Shown piece after piece: positions 12,499 to 28,400 of a stretch of DNA of 64,000 nucleotides. The notes under the pieces are model-generated. The model saw only the letters and a program-made list of their open reading frames with translations, was not told the DNA's origin and did not search any database. Position numbers and translations under genes: made by a program. Each line of letters opens with the position of its first letter. Positions within the stretch are counted from its first letter, which is position 1. The DNA comes from Azolla caroliniana (Eukaryota > Plantae > Polypodiophyta): positions 15,500,001 to 15,564,000 of the forward strand of contig JBHGNT010000013.1 in the NCBI GenBank assembly GCA_043228905.1. The letters run 5' to 3'.

Positions 12499-15400
12499 GT
12501 GTCAGTCTGCGCTATGCATATCTGGGGCGTTTGGAAGAAAGCATTCTTATTCATGTGGTGGTTTGATGGTTATCATTTTGTGCATGCCTCTGTTTATTGT
12601 GCTATGCTTGTGGAACGTGCTTTAAAACTCAATTTGTACAGTGCTTGTTTCTCCCCTGGATGATCAATCTACGGTCCCCTTTTTGGACAGGTATGAAACA
12701 TATTCTTTGTGGAAATGACTGCCCCCCCTGGAATTGATATCATACATACCAAGCTACTTTAGTTCTATTTTATTTAGAGTTAGTAGTTCCCACAAGGTTA
12801 TTATTACTAGTTAATGTGATACAGGTGTAGTTCTAGCAAAGATTACATAGATGGCCACTTTCAGCCCGACAACATGTGCTGCTTGTTCTTGCAACCATAT
12901 GTGAAGTATTGTCACTTGTACTCATGTGTGATTGCTATGCATATCATTTTTGGCATGATCTTGTTTTGATGTATCATCTAGGTGCAGATGATAGTTTTAT
13001 GAGGGGGTTGTGGGATTTGACTAAGATTGTAACTGCCCTTTTCCATGGAAAAGGGAGAGATGGACGGACAATCATGAAGCTGATTGCATTTTTGCAATCC
13101 CTCACATATTGGAACTAATGGCTCAGTTATGCAAAAGTTGTAAACATGATTGCGCATTTAATTCCATTTTGAGTTTTAATGTGTGCAAACAATGATGTTC
13201 TGTATATTTCAAGTATATGGTCCTCATCTGCTATTTGTTTGAGGAACGTACTTTATTGTCCCCAATCTTACCTTGACAAAAAAGGTACGTTAATTGTGAT
13301 TTAAATATGTTTCTGTAAGGTCTTGTACAAGTTTGTGTGTGGATAATAAACTTAGTAGAAAGTATCAAGTTTGTTTGTAAATACTTAATAGAGATATTCA
13401 ACTTAATCTGCTTTAATGAGGATTTAAATTAATGACATAGAAGGCTGATTGCCTGGGCTGAAATCTACTTTACTTGATGACGTTATTTAGCCTTGTTAAA
13501 AATGATTTATGGTCCTAGAACTCTTTATGTTGATGGATTGAATGGAACCATCATGGTGGGAACTTGTCTCTATTTGTTAATGATGCATTACTTGATGAAT
13601 TTGTCGTGCCCCCAACACCAAGTGGCCTATCGGTCAATGATAATGGACAAGCTTAGGATTGGTTTCAACATTTTGTTGGCTATACCCTACTTGCATCTAC
13701 TTTTTGAACTACTCCACGGATGAAACCAATTTAAACTCTCTGCTTGTATGTTCCATTTTTCATTTTCATTGGAATATTTTAAAATTGCTATGCATTTTTA
13801 CCCATCACCACGACACTTGCATCTGTTATTTTGCCAATAATAATGCCCATCGATTCCAGAAACTATATGCTGCACTGTATTCCATTTTACTGTGCAGATG
13901 CAGTTACTCTGTCTGCCTTTGTGGTTTCTTTGTTCACGCATTATAAAATGCTCTTGAACAGTGGTGACATCAACTAGTATAATTTCGTGGAACAATATAT
14001 TTCCATAACATTCCTCCTTTAGAAAGCAGTTTTTTGAAACCCTGTTTGATTATGGAGTATGTCATGAACGGATGTTTGAGAATACCTGTTCCTCCTATTT
14101 AATATACAATGTTAACTAACATTTACTCAGTCATCAACCAATGAGCTATTGCGATTGGTTGGGCAATGTTACAAAAGTATTCAAAGTAATATACCAATCC
14201 GGCGGTGTAAGTAATAACAAAAGTTATTGGGTTTTCTGGTTACTGTTATGTACATTGAGTTGACTTTTGGTGGGAACACCCTATACTTCTAGGGAGTAAT
14301 TTGAACCCCATTAAGTAGAGACCTGGAACAACTCTGTTTCATTGGTATGTCAGGGATTAAAGCACCATACAGAGCAGATACTTTGTAAGAACCTCGCCAA
14401 TCTCACTGGAGAGATTTTTCCAGCATCAGTTCCATAACTTTTGGTAATCCTTGTTAGTGTTATCAAGTTTCTTATTTACTACTTCACGTTATCATAAGAT
14501 TACATGTAATTATTTCTTTCAACTTTTTCCCATTCAGTTTTCTATCATACAAAGAGAGTAACACAACTCTGCAAGGATTGCCTAATACAAATTTCATGAT
14601 AGGAATGGTTGCATTAGATTTACTTTGAAGTACTCATACTACATGCAGCAACCCACATTTCCAGCACACTCATCAATCAAGACACTCAACTCAATTGCAT
14701 AGAGAGACGGAAAAGATGTGGTGTGTAATTGCCTAAAAGGTTTGTTGATGCTTGTTAGTGATGCAATTTAAGGGGCAATGCTTTTGTCTTCGCTACTTTT
14801 GATGCTCAAAAAATATCCTTGGGTATGGTTAACATTGTGCGAGGCCAAATTTGTGAATTTACACTAACATGTATATACACATATTTTGACGCTACAAACT
14901 TTTTTAGGAGATAGTATCGTAAAACCTTCAAGCTTAGAGATGCTCCAAGCTACAAAATCTTCATTGAGTAGGGGGTAACCTAATATGTGTCATGTTAGGA
15001 GTTTGTACACATTGTGTTAGTACTCCATTGTTAATGTGTAGCAAAAAGAGGCCGATTGTTGGTTATAAGAAAGTTGCTCTTGTTGTTGTGATTGGTGTAA
15101 ACAAATAAGATGATATGTGTTTATCGTGCATTAAAAACTAAGGCCAATTGCTGGAAATAGGGAAGCCATTGTAGATGATGTGAGTGGTGTAAGCAAATAA
15201 AAGTGTGTTCCCTTATTTGAGTGATTCAAGTATATGAGAAAGTCTTAGTATATAACATTAAAGCTCCTAAGAGACATTATAACATCTAAGTATTTCATTG
15301 GGCATATAGAATACACTACAAAGGATAACATAAGCATGGTGTGTCAATAAATTAAACTACCAACTTTACTGGCCCCAAAGATGTGTTAGAGAAGTCTAAA

Positions 15401-18400
15401 TGAATTGGGAGGGCTTCCCTTGTTTCGAAACATTTTCTCCCAATTGAACTAGGATAGAAGCATTTTTCATGTGACACTAAATCATATATTTACGTCGAAT
15501 ACATTTAACTTTCTTTCCACACCATGACATGAATCTTTTCCTTTTTCTTTCTCATACAAAAGGTGAAAACATTATGAGGGGCTCACAATAAAAAGCACTC
15601 AAAAGCTTTGACTTGGGTATGAGTGAATTGAATATCCTATTTTGCTTTGACTTGAAAGAAAAATATGTCAACATTTAACATTATGCATTGAATCCACAAT
15701 TTTGTTTTGAGAATTTTGGTCTTCAATATATATGCCTTTAAATATTAATGTAAAATCTACAAGAAAACCATCAATTCATTGATAATGACAAATTTGCATC
15801 GTCACTTTAAGCTTGCTTTGGTGAAATCCAAAGTTTCCAATATTGTAGTACATTTTCCACAATATCATCTTGGTATGAGTATACCTCCACTTTTGATCAC
15901 TCCTAATAAGGATTTTCAACATGCCAGAGACAAGGAGATAAAACTCACATTCACATTTCATCTACATATGTGTTTTGGCATAAACCAAACCCAAGTAAGG
16001 GTGGACAATGAACTCGCTTAATAGGACCACACATGGGATTATGGTCAAGATTACCATACTAGAGACCCACATATGCATGATGAATAACGTCACCAAGGGA
16101 AAAAATCCCCACAAATTTGTTATCAAAATAAGCACTTACGACATTTTTAGAAGATTTTATAACCTCCCACCAATCAAGGTTATATTCACACCCTCAATGT
16201 CCAATTTTCTTATTAGAAGCCTTTCACAATACACCCATGCATATGCCTTGCAATGTAACAACCCCCTTTTAACAACCGTCAATATGCCATACATTTTGCA
16301 AATTCTTTTGATAGAGATACATATGATTTTCTCGTGGAAGCTCTTAAAAGTTGTAGATGTGTTTTAATATGATTGCATGACATGATACTCTTCTTCCGAT
16401 TGAAATGAGCAATGATTCATGCAATGTGCATATGGTTTGCATGTCAAACTATCAATGTCTACACATGTGGCTCTAGCTAAGCCAAATCCACATGCATCTA
16501 AGGTATCTATGTGTTGTTTACGTGGTATTAATTTTTGTGAAGAAAAAGTAGGCGCAATAGAAGAATGTGCTACTGGGAGTAGATACCATAGGGTAGTAAT
16601 GATTTGTTTGGAGCACAACTAAAATTGATGGAAAATGTGCCACTTTGGGTAGATACTATGCAAGAAGCACAAGTAAATTTGATGTTAGTATTTTTCCTTA
16701 GTGGCAATTTACATGAGGTACATAGCCAAATTTCCTACTATAGATACCATGCAATAAAAAACCAAGGTTTACTATTATGAATACAATGTGAATCTTCGTA
16801 ATAAAGTTGTTTTCGACATGCTCCATGAATTCCACCCAACCCAAGGCCAATATTAGGTGTGTGAAAACAGTGGCATACAAATTCAAATAAAAGACACATC
16901 CTTAGCTTATCTATTTGTTGTGTATATCACCCAATGTGTGAACTTGCATGTGTGGGTTAATTTGTGAAAATGATTTCCAATCAAAGGGACATCCCTATAA
17001 GTGTAGCTTGTAAGCCTCACTTATACAATGACATGTGCATGTGTACACTTTTATTATTATAAATTAGTAGATACTTTAGTTTATATGTTTAAATTGACTA
17101 TTGTAAATCGATGTATGTACGACAAACAAACTTCGATATTTATGAATGGATGACAGAGTGGTATGAGGAAAGAAAAATACAAGATAATATTGAGACCATG
17201 CTTATTGCCTGAGGCCAGTTTTCAAAACAAACATGTATGGGAGAGAGAGAGGCAGAAGAAAAGGCGGAAGACATGGGCAACAATTGAGAGATGATGTATT
17301 AGTAACATTAATTGGGGTCTTTAGTTTTTTTTTTTTAATGTTGAACCATTAGTTCAAGTTACAAATTCGTGAGGGCATGGATAGAAATTCCAAAAGATAT
17401 GAATATGTGTGCGTCTTAGGGGGGTTTTTTGGGGTTGGGGGTACAAGGTTTATAAAGATAGTTTCAATAATAAGGAGTTGATTGACCAAGGGGCAAGGGG
17501 GAAACCCATGCAAGGTGCATGCTCTTGTCATCACCTTTGGGCTTGTTTTCTCTCTCTTTATCATACACACGCACACAATAATAATAAATGTATCCCCCAA
17601 AAAAGCAACAAAAAACATTTCGAGATTAAGACATCCTTACAATAAGTTTCATGATGTAATCATATTAATACCTAAGAAGTCTGGAAATAGATAATCAATC
17701 GCGTTTCGTATTATGCTTGTTTTCTTTTTCTTTCTTCTTCTTCATCTTTTTGTTTCGGGTTACTATTAGCATAGTTCTACATGATGGCAATGTTTCAGCT
17801 AGCATATTTCTCTTGAGTTGTTTTATTGTGTGTGTGTGTGTGTTAATATCTAATTTCATGCATCTTTGGAGCACTAGATTTGTGGTGCATGGAAGGTTGA
17901 TGTGTCACAAATTGTATAAATTGCACATGATTCCTAACATTCCGCATCCATGGATGCACTTCGACAATGTGCTAACAAGATGACTATTTAAGCACGATAT
18001 TCTTATATGTAAGATGTAGTACAACCATTCACATAATTGAATGACGTGTTTCTAGACCAACATTCAACTTGTAGGCTAGACTTTGTTATGGACTAATTTT
18101 ATGTTCGCGAGCAACATTCATTATTTATGTTGGCATCACTATAAGATCTTGATGGTCGGGCAACACCTTGTGATTTTAAGAATAATGTTGTCTTGTGGTT
18201 TAACAGTTGTAAGTCTTTCCCCCGCCCGAACCTCTTAATCTTGTACCTCTTTCAAAAGTAACATGGTTTCCCACCACAATATTATAACAATACACCAACG
18301 TAACCCACAATATGGTGGAACATCTAACACAAATCTCACTAGAGCCATGTTTGATGAGGAAAGAATCCCCTAGAATCACCCTTAATGATGAGCATGCTAC

Positions 18401-20306
18401 CTATGTCCAAGGCATTTTGATGCCCCATGATCAACGTCTCATCAAGCAAAACCTTGTAACCTTCAAACTTATTAACACAATGTAGCATTTTAATGTACAA
18501 GCCCAACTAACCATGGTCATGCACATGTTATGATCAATGCCATTTTCTATCCCCTATTCATCATCTTGGATAAAAATCTATAACCTTTTATAATGTAGAT
18601 GATTTAGAACTAAAATGTAAATTGCCTTAACCATGGATATGAGAAAGTGCATGATGAGTGTTGATGCTACAAATGAATATTGTTACCATCTTTATGAATG
18701 AAAAGTTATGATATAGTGCATATTATCCACTGCATGTTGTATACCACTTTGCCCAACATATTAGCTATCCCTTTTGGGGAAAATAATGACAACAATCACA
18801 TGAAAATAGGATCTATGCCATTTTGGTTGGTTGTTTCTGGTCTTGGACAATTGACGACATAAAACTCAATCTTTTCTCCACCTTTACGAATATATTATTA
18901 TTGGGTTTTAAATCAGCATGGATAACTTTAGGAATATGTATATATATAATAAATGTTGTAAACATTTAACAAAAGAGAATAGTGGCTAAATGTCCATGTT
19001 AACAACTTTGTACCTCTCGCCACACCATCTTAACACTTTTGACATTGAAACACTAACCATTCACCATCCTAACATATTTTGACGTCTAAACATAGTTGAT
19101 CAAACACATGTTAGTGTAAGCAATGTTAAAAGCATTTACATGAATCACCATTAACACCGATCACCTACCAATTAATATCTTCCATACAACATAGTTAGGA
19201 TAACGAGTTATTTCCCACAATGATCAATGATCAATGTTTGAAGAGGAGGCATAGTTTGCTTGTGAGTTGCATGAACATGTACATATATGGTATTGTTGTG
19301 AGTGTGTGAGAGATTCTTCGTAGGTGGCATGTGTGTGTGTGTTTACTTTTGTAACAAGTTCTTTGAATTGGTTGTAGGATTTAATATGTTGGAAGGGCTT
19401 TCTCTCCGATCACAATGAATGGCCCATTAATGCAATAACATAATGTTATGTAATGGGCCACATTGTGGATTCAAATTATGAGTCTAGCCATTATTGAGAT
19501 GAGAGTATTTCTCTATGGTGCATCTTTGTCATTGTTTGCAATGTCTTAGTCAGGCTTAGTAATGTTTACAATTGTCATCCCGAGAACATGGATGCATGTT
19601 CTAACACGAACATGAGACAATTATATAGGTGAGAAATGTAAATTTGTAAGGCTAGTCGTAAGTCAAAGTGTTCTAGACTCAACTAGTCTCACTTGATGTT
19701 GGAAGCTTTCGACTTCAAACAATATACCATGAAATAAATATGTTTTCAACCCCCATGACCATGGGTGTGTATGTGTGTTAGAGAGAGAGAGAGAGAGAGA
19801 TGCTTAATCTAGATGTAGGGACATATATGTTCTCCTTTCATGAGTGCAAGATGCAACATAATATCAATCACCAACCTCACGTCCAAAGTATACAATTAAG
19901 AATATAAGAAATCCTAACCTTATGTAAGCGATAATCAAATCGACTACAAAGAAAAGGATAAAAATCATGCACGATGATGCTGACAATTAATCGAGATGGA
20001 TGCCCCATACAAGCTCACTATACAGCATCATGTGTCTAGTTTTAATGGTGCATTACATAGTTCCATCACCAAGAGAGCCTCATTGTGCAGGGGTGGTGGT
20101 TCAATGATCTTTAAGATACATAAGTTAGTTTAAGTTGTTTGTTAGGGACATGCCTTGGAATGAATGTGATCCCTAGAAATGAAGAGAGGGTCCGGCCATA
20201 ATTTTGTATGGGCTGCGCTAGCCAGCCAGATCGAGGGTGACCAACCATATCCACATACGCAATATGTGTATAATGCATACATGTGTAACGCATACATTTG
20301 CCTACA

Positions 20307-20992
<686 letters not shown>

Positions 20993-21965
20993 CCGTTTTT
21001 TTTTACAAAAGAAAGAAAAGAAAAGAAATGGAGACAGACAGAGAGAGAGAGAGAGAGAGAGGGGTGTGTGTGTGTGTGTGTGAAGGAAAGAGCAGAAATC
21101 CATGGGGGAGGAGGGTTTGTAGGCCAGACTCTTGCTGCTCCTCTCTCTCTCTCTCTCTCTCTGAGTCTCTCTCTCAGACTCTCTCTCATTCATCTGCTCC
21201 TATCGCCGCGCCTCAATTTCAGCCTCCATTACCTCCCTCCTCTAAATTTCTTCATCCATTCATTCATTCATTCATTCTTCATCCTCATCTCTTACCTCCT
21301 GCTCCTGCTCTCGCTCTTCTTCTTCCTCCCTTCTTTCTCTTTTTCTTTCTTCTTCTTCTTCTTCTGCACAAAAAGAAGTTGATTTACTAGTTAAACACTC
21401 TGTGTGTGTGTGTGTGTGTGTGTGTGATAATATGTATATGAAGAGCTCCCTCCTCCACTGCAACGTAACTAGTATCATTAACGCACGGAGTATATTTTAA
21501 TTGTTAGGTATACTTCTCTCACAAACACTCACACATTAATTATTAGCTCTCATAGCTGGGCCACCCATCAATCAATCCCCATTGGCTCCTATAACCCTAT
21601 CTTCTATATCTTCTTCCAAATTATTCTTAACTTAAATCGTTACTTAATCAATCAATGGGCCGCCCTCTTTGCGTCTGATAACCGTCAGTGGCCTCCTCCT
21701 CCTCCTCCTCCTCCTCCTCCATAATTAATTCCTCGCTCCTCATTTCAGAACACACAAATTAGTGTTTTTCTAGTCTGAGAATATAATTGCTTTAACGCCA
21801 ATTGATTAGTGTGGCTTTTGAATGGTTAATGATCATTTAATAAAAAGCAATTTTTAGGCTATCAGTATACTAGCTGTTAGTAAGTAGCATTAGGGTTTAA
21901 TCGATTGATTGAAAAACCATCGATCGATCCATCGATCCATCAAAAAAAAAAACCCATTGATTCAC

Positions 21966-24900
21966 ATGGGGAGAGCTCCTTGTTGTGAGAAAGTGGGTCT
22001 GAACAGGGGTGCATGGACGCGTGAAGAAGACCTGAAATTGATTCAATACATCACTACCCATGGAGAAGGAAGCTGGAGAACCCTGCCTAAGGCTGCAGGT
22101 GATTTAATTAATTAATCCATCCATCCATCAAATTCACCATGGATTGATTCTAAACGATATATCCCAGGCTCTTGTCCTGGCTACCCCAGAATTTCAGACC
22201 AAAATTATTGTAATTTGTTCTCCATTTGCGTCTCTCATGCTGATGGGATTAGGGTTCTCTAAATTTCTTCGATTGAAGCCCCTCCAAAAACCCTGATTAT
22301 GTTTTTTTTGTTTTGTTTTACAGGGCTCTTGCGATGCGGGAAGAGCTGTCGACTGCGGTGGATTAATTACCTGCGCCCCGACTTAAAGAGAGGGAACATC
22401 ACAGAAGACGAGGACCGCCTAATCATCAAGCTGCACTCTATTCTGGGGAACAGGTCATACATAATTTGTTTCTGCCCATTCATTCTCACGTTGATTGATG
22501 GCTCTGCTAATTAATGATGTAATTAGCTTCATTTCATATCAAATATATAGCAAACCATTTCTACTTACAGATTCTCATGTTGATTGATTGATGGCTCTGC
22601 TAGTTAATTATGTAATTAGCTTCATTTCATATCAAATATATAACAAACCATTTCTACTTACAGATTCTCATGTTGATTGATGGCTCTGCTAGTTAATTAT
22701 GTAATTAGCTTCATTTCATATCAAATATATCGCAAACCATTTCTACTTACAGATTCTCATGTTGATTGAGTGATGGCTCTGCTAATCAATTAATTCATTA
22801 GTAGAGTCATCATATAAATATTAACCATTCCAGCTCTGCTCTGCTGAATTGATGATGATTCCTCATAGATTGTGTCTGATTTTGGGTGGAATCCACTCAG
22901 GTGGTCTCTGATCGCCGGGAGGCTGCCGGGGAGAACAGACAATGAGATCAAGAATTACTGGAATACGCACCTCAAGAAGAAGCTGAAAAGCATGGGAATC
23001 GATCCATCCACACACCAGCCCTTGCTGCTAATGCAGCAACCTAACCCTAATCCTCTTCATGCTAACACTGCTCCTCCTAATAATAATCATCACACCCATA
23101 ACACCAACATTAACATTAGCCAATCATCATCTCTGATACCTTCCCAACCAATTACTCTGAAACAGCTAGGATCTGTGCTCCATCGCCATCATCATCATAA
23201 CCATAACCATAATCATAATCATAATCATAATCATCAACATGATAATAATATGAGCACAAATGTTGGCCATGACCTGCAATTAGATGCAGTGAATCGTAGC
23301 AGCCTCAATGAGTGTTGCGATGGCACCACTAATCATCATCATCATCATCAGGTCATTAGTAATCGCAAACAGACTCGGCCATATATGAATAACCCAAATA
23401 CATCCACCTCATGCATTAATGTAGTCAATCAGGTAATCATGCCCAGCGCCTCTACTGTTAATGATCATCATACTCAGTATAATGATGGTAATAATAGTAA
23501 TAACAATAATAACAATGCATATGCTAGCTGCAGTACTGGTATGCATTACAGTAGTAGCAGCAGCAGCAGCCATATGAATAACAGCCTCCTTGAGGCAGAG
23601 TATAATCATAGTTATGACCTAATGCAAGTGCTGGCAGATCAAACCTCTCACACCACTAACCCTAATTTAGACACCCAGAAGGCTGGCATTAACGGTCGCC
23701 ATGGCGGAGCTGCTGCTGCTGCTGCTGCTGCAGGCAGTACAACACTGCTGGCTGCAGAAACTCGCGGGCAGCTCATAACCCACAGCTTCATAAAACCTAA
23801 TAACGCTGGCAGCGCCAGGTTCTACAGTGGTAATGAGAGCATGCAGCCTGTGGAATCGCAGGCTAATGGGGGCGCAGATGATTATAAGGCGAGGCCCATC
23901 TTCTTCTTGGATTCCTCCACGCTCCAGCGCCTCAGATCCTTGCAGGCCGCAGGCGGCGGCGGTAGTAGGGAGCAGGTTATGGATGCGAAGAAGAATGCCG
24001 CCATGGATTGCTCTGCTCCTCTGCCTCCTCCTCCTCCTCCTCCTACTGCTACTGCTACTGCTACTGCTACGACGACAGGAATCGCCATGGATTACCGTAC
24101 AAATACGGCAGGAATCGCCCTAGATTGCCGTACGAATAGTACGGCAGCCATGGGGCGTCCTTATACTCCTATAGTGCAGAGCAATGGTGATCATTCGAAT
24201 AGTAATGGCCCCATCATATCCGTCGCTCAGTACTATACCTCCTCCTCCGCCTGCTCCTCCTCCTCCTCCTGCAGCAGCTCCATCTCAGCCTCCTCATCGC
24301 CCCTTATGTCGAGCAGTAGCCGTATGAAGACGAAGAATAATAGCAGCTGCTACATGGATATCATGGATCCTGACCTAATCGGGAGTGCCATAGCTCCTAT
24401 GATCAGAAGCTATAATTGTAGTAAGGATACCACTAATGATAGCAGCCCTCATCAGCTCTATGGCAGCCCACACAATCATCACCATCATAATCCTAATCCT
24501 AATCCTAATCCTAATCATAATCATAATCATAATCATAATCATAACCATTATAGTAGTACTGCTACTAATGACAGTAGCCCAATATCTAGCATCACTACTA
24601 ATCATGTGAATCCGCTGCTTGATCAGCAGCATGACACGGCAATTAGGCTTAATCTCAACCCACCGTCGACTGAGGAGGATCAAGATCAGGACCATCAGTC
24701 TGCAGTGGCCCCATTAGTCAATTGCTGTGATAGGAGAAGTAGCCATGATCCGGCGGGCGATTTGAAGGAGCAGAGCATAATCACGACGACGATCAGTAGT
24801 AGCTCCCTAGCGGAGCAGGAGCAGCATCGGTTGCTGAACATGATCCGCGAACAAGACGATGGCGAGCAGCCTGCAGAAGAAGAAGAAGAAGAAGAAGTTC

Positions 24901-25484
24901 ATCATGCGATAAGCTCTGCAACCTCAGCTATGGCGATGGCGATGGCGTCCACCACCACGAGTGTGCTGAGCTTGTTAGAGAATGACCTAATGCTGTGGGA
25001 TCATTTGGATGCCATGGCAGCAGGAACCATGCAGAACCATCATCATCATCATCAACAACAACAAAATCTTCACCATCACCATCACCATCTCCAATACTAC
25101 AATCCATGTAGCAGCAGTAACCTAAATCATGCCGCAGAAGCAGCAGATTACGGCATGGATCATCAGCGCCAGGCTCATGAGGCCATGCCACCAGATCATC
25201 AGAATCACCATAACCATCATCATCATCATCAACACCATAACCATAACCATCATCAACAGTATCAGAACGCGCCGCCCATTCACCCTGCTACACAAGAGAT
25301 GCTTCACACGCTCTGGGGGCCGCCGCCATCGCCGCCCCTTACAGCTACCGCTACTACTACAGCTGCTAACAACAGTACCAGTCCCAACACTAGTACTACC
25401 AGTCCTCTGAATATACTGTGGCACACGGCCGCCACCTCCTCCGCCCCCTCCTTGCCTCTCCTCGAGCCCAGCCTACTGTATTAA
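21966..25484 (+). CDS. R2R3-MYB transcription factor, about 948 aa, with a GIDPxTH motif and a very long low-complexity C-terminus; exons 21966-22098, 22324-22453, 22901-25484
   Basis: [18 protein letters not shown]...; [24 protein letters not shown]; [29 protein letters not shown]; [10 protein letters not shown]. The first two exons are the canonical 133 and 130 bp, with GT-AG introns. Confidence 0.97.
22482..22785 (+). repeat. 89-93-bp tandem repeat (about 3.4 copies) in MYB intron 2
   Basis: Units start ATTCTCA at 22482, 22571, 22664 and 22753. Each full unit ends TTTCTACTTACAG. Confidence 0.95.
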
Positions 25485-28400
25485 TCCCATAAATCTCTCT
25501 TAAGTGCTACTCTACCCCCCAATTAATTAATTAATTAACACACACCAGCGCGCTAATTATATCCACTAATTATCTCAGTCATGCATTCCATGCTCAATCC
25601 TTCTACGATCATATACGCTCCCGATAATGAGGATTCACCCATACATACATATGCATGCTAAATTTGTACAGTAAACGGTGTTTACACGCATATACCGTAT
25701 ATATGAACTAATCAGATCTTGAGCTCTCCATATGATATTTATACCGTTGCATATGAACTAATCAGATCATGAGCTCTCCCCCATGATATTTACGATAATT
25801 AGCCTCCCATCAACTTTAACACAAAACTATAATGACATTCATTGGAATCTATTATAGACATAATACACAGGGTTTTCTTCTCTCTTTATATCTGTATGTA
25901 TGTGTATAAACAGAGCTTTGTCTGTTTATATGTATGCATCAGATAGTCCATTGAATACCCTGGTCTAATCCTCATTATTCAATAACCAACAAGAAGTATA
26001 GTTACATAATAATGCCATCGCTCTATCAGCATTATTATATATTACCCATATACTGATCCCAATAACAAACCCCTAATTTGCAATAGCTTCTTGCTGATCA
26101 TCCTTACCTAGCTAGGATCTCACCCCCCCCCCAAACCAACCAACCAAATTACTACCAGCACTAATTCATTCATTTCATTATTTTAATTACTTGCACCTCG
26201 ATTATTATTATTCTTCATTATGATTACATTAATTGACCTCCATAGTGTACTGTCAATCAATCTATCTAAGTGTATGTCTATTAAGAAGTTCTTGCGGACT
26301 TATATATGGATCCGCTGACCAATCTATGGATCAATCAATTGATCAGGCACGATATGTAACCAGCTAATTCCACAATTTGGTTCTGATTAAATTATATATT
26401 CATCAAAGTATCCATTTTCCTCCCTATACATACATGCATATTACACTAATTTATAAAGACCTCCCCCCTCTCCAAATTCAAATTGCTACCAATAAGTTGT
26501 CATCATCCTCATCATGAATCATAAACATAGTTTGGCATCAAGCAATTCCATCATTCATATGTTTCAGCTAAATTTCTTTATATGGATTTTGAAGACGCTC
26601 CTTCAAGGAGAATTGGGTTCATGAATTAATAATATTGCAAGTTATGTATGTGGGTAATGTGCAAATGATGGATGGTCTCCTTCTAGATGGAGGAAGTTCG
26701 TCTTGACCCTAATGAAATTGGTTTATTCAAAAGTCCGTTTCCTGTCACCGTCTGCAAGAGAAGGGGGGGGGGGGGGGGGGGGTTGACTATGATCACAAGT
26801 AAATGATGATTAGACTAAATAGGAACTAGGAATCTTAAGTTGGCATGGCCTCCAAAATTATGAGTACAAGCAATTATAACACACAACTCCACACCAAATT
26901 GGCTCCTAATTAACAGAAATAAGGAAGTAATTACGCTAGCTAATATATATATATTAGCTTGACTACCTCCTCAGGTAAACCATCTAAGGAAATATTTGTT
27001 CCTTTCAAATAAACGCAACCTGCATATCAGTCCACGCATTCTAGGCTATCAACTAGTTGTATATACGACAATGTAATTTGCCACAATATGAGTACATGAC
27101 AGAAGTAGACTTCATTATCGTTGTATGTCAATGGGCAAAAGGGAACTCGGAGCAGAACAGATTCTCATGGCAAGGTTATGGTGTAGTGTACCCCTGTAGA
27201 AAAGAGTCGCTATGAGGATTGGGGGAATACTTAACAATAAATACACCATGTAATGACCCGAATTCTGCAGGATTATATAGTCCATGGTGCATGCAACATT
27301 CGATAAATCTAATGAAGTCTAGATGGCCTGCATGATATATGCAATTCTGCTACTAGCATTCGCTGTTGTGCATTAAAAAATTTAACATTAAACATGGGCT
27401 CAACACACATCATTGTTTGGGATATCCACATAGCATAATCTGATGAAATCCTTTTCCTGATTGAAGCGAGATAATTGTGGTTTTCAGCCCCATATTCTGA
27501 TGCTTGACAGAATAATATGCCATTCATGGCACCATTATGCATCGATATATCGTTGTTGTTCAGGCTTTGACAAAAGAGAAAAAGCTAGCAAAACCCTGAG
27601 CGGCATACCATGATGGGTATGGTATGGTTTCATCTCACTCAACTTCGATAGACTGCTCGGGATGGTGCTTGGGCTGGAATTCTCTGCGGACGCAGAAGAG
27701 GCAACGCTGCCTTCAGCATGGGCCCATATCCTCAATTTTTTATGGCAAGTATTGGAAGGATACTTATTAGCATTCTAGCAATTGAAAGAAATATTGTCCT
27801 CATTAATAATCAGAGCTCACAATGAGGTTCAACTTAAATTAATCTCCTTTTTGTCTATCCCCCAAAAACCCCAAGAAAAGGATTTACATTATAACACCCT
27901 TCTGATCACGAGAAACAAATTGCTGTTGGCATATGCTAGGTTTTTCCTTGATCAAGAGAAACACATAGCTGTTGGCATATGAGATGTTTCAATGAAAATC
28001 ATAACTTGAGTTACCTAAAATGGGCTGGTCTGGCCAGCAAACACAAAATGTTTCTTTAAACACTAGGAATCACACCTCTAGCTGGGATCCTGGATAATGT
28101 TTTAACCTTTAGTATGCAGAAGATGCCAAAAGTAATGAATGCTCAACATGGATCATATCTTTCAATCTCTTAGCAATGTGCCAGAGTGTCCACTTCAAAT
28201 CAAACGATTTTCCTAGAGACACATATTCCTTGATAAGTAGTTTGTCTTTCCTACAGAAACTTTGAGGAGCAATTACTTTCTTCAAAGTCACCAAACTTAT
28301 CAACCTAACATATGTAACAGCTTGCAGATGGCCTTCCTGTAAAGTTCCACAACCGACTCCCAAGCATTGTTCTGATTACAAAATTGCTTTCCACAAACTT

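Noticed and set aside
22482-22785. Regular repeats here and at 30956-31192 as possible CRISPR arrays
   Set aside because: The units are head-to-tail with no unique spacers, lie inside eukaryotic introns, and no cas genes are present.
22927-22980. miR858- and miR828-like target sites in the MYB R3 repeat
   Set aside because: The partial match is expected from the conserved RTDNE and WNTHL codons. There are several mismatches (about six for miR828), and the presence of these miRNAs in this lineage is unknown.
27309-27735. Short GC-richer ORFs between MYB and GT14
   Set aside because: No recognisable motif. They may be 3' UTR sequence of the GT14 gene.
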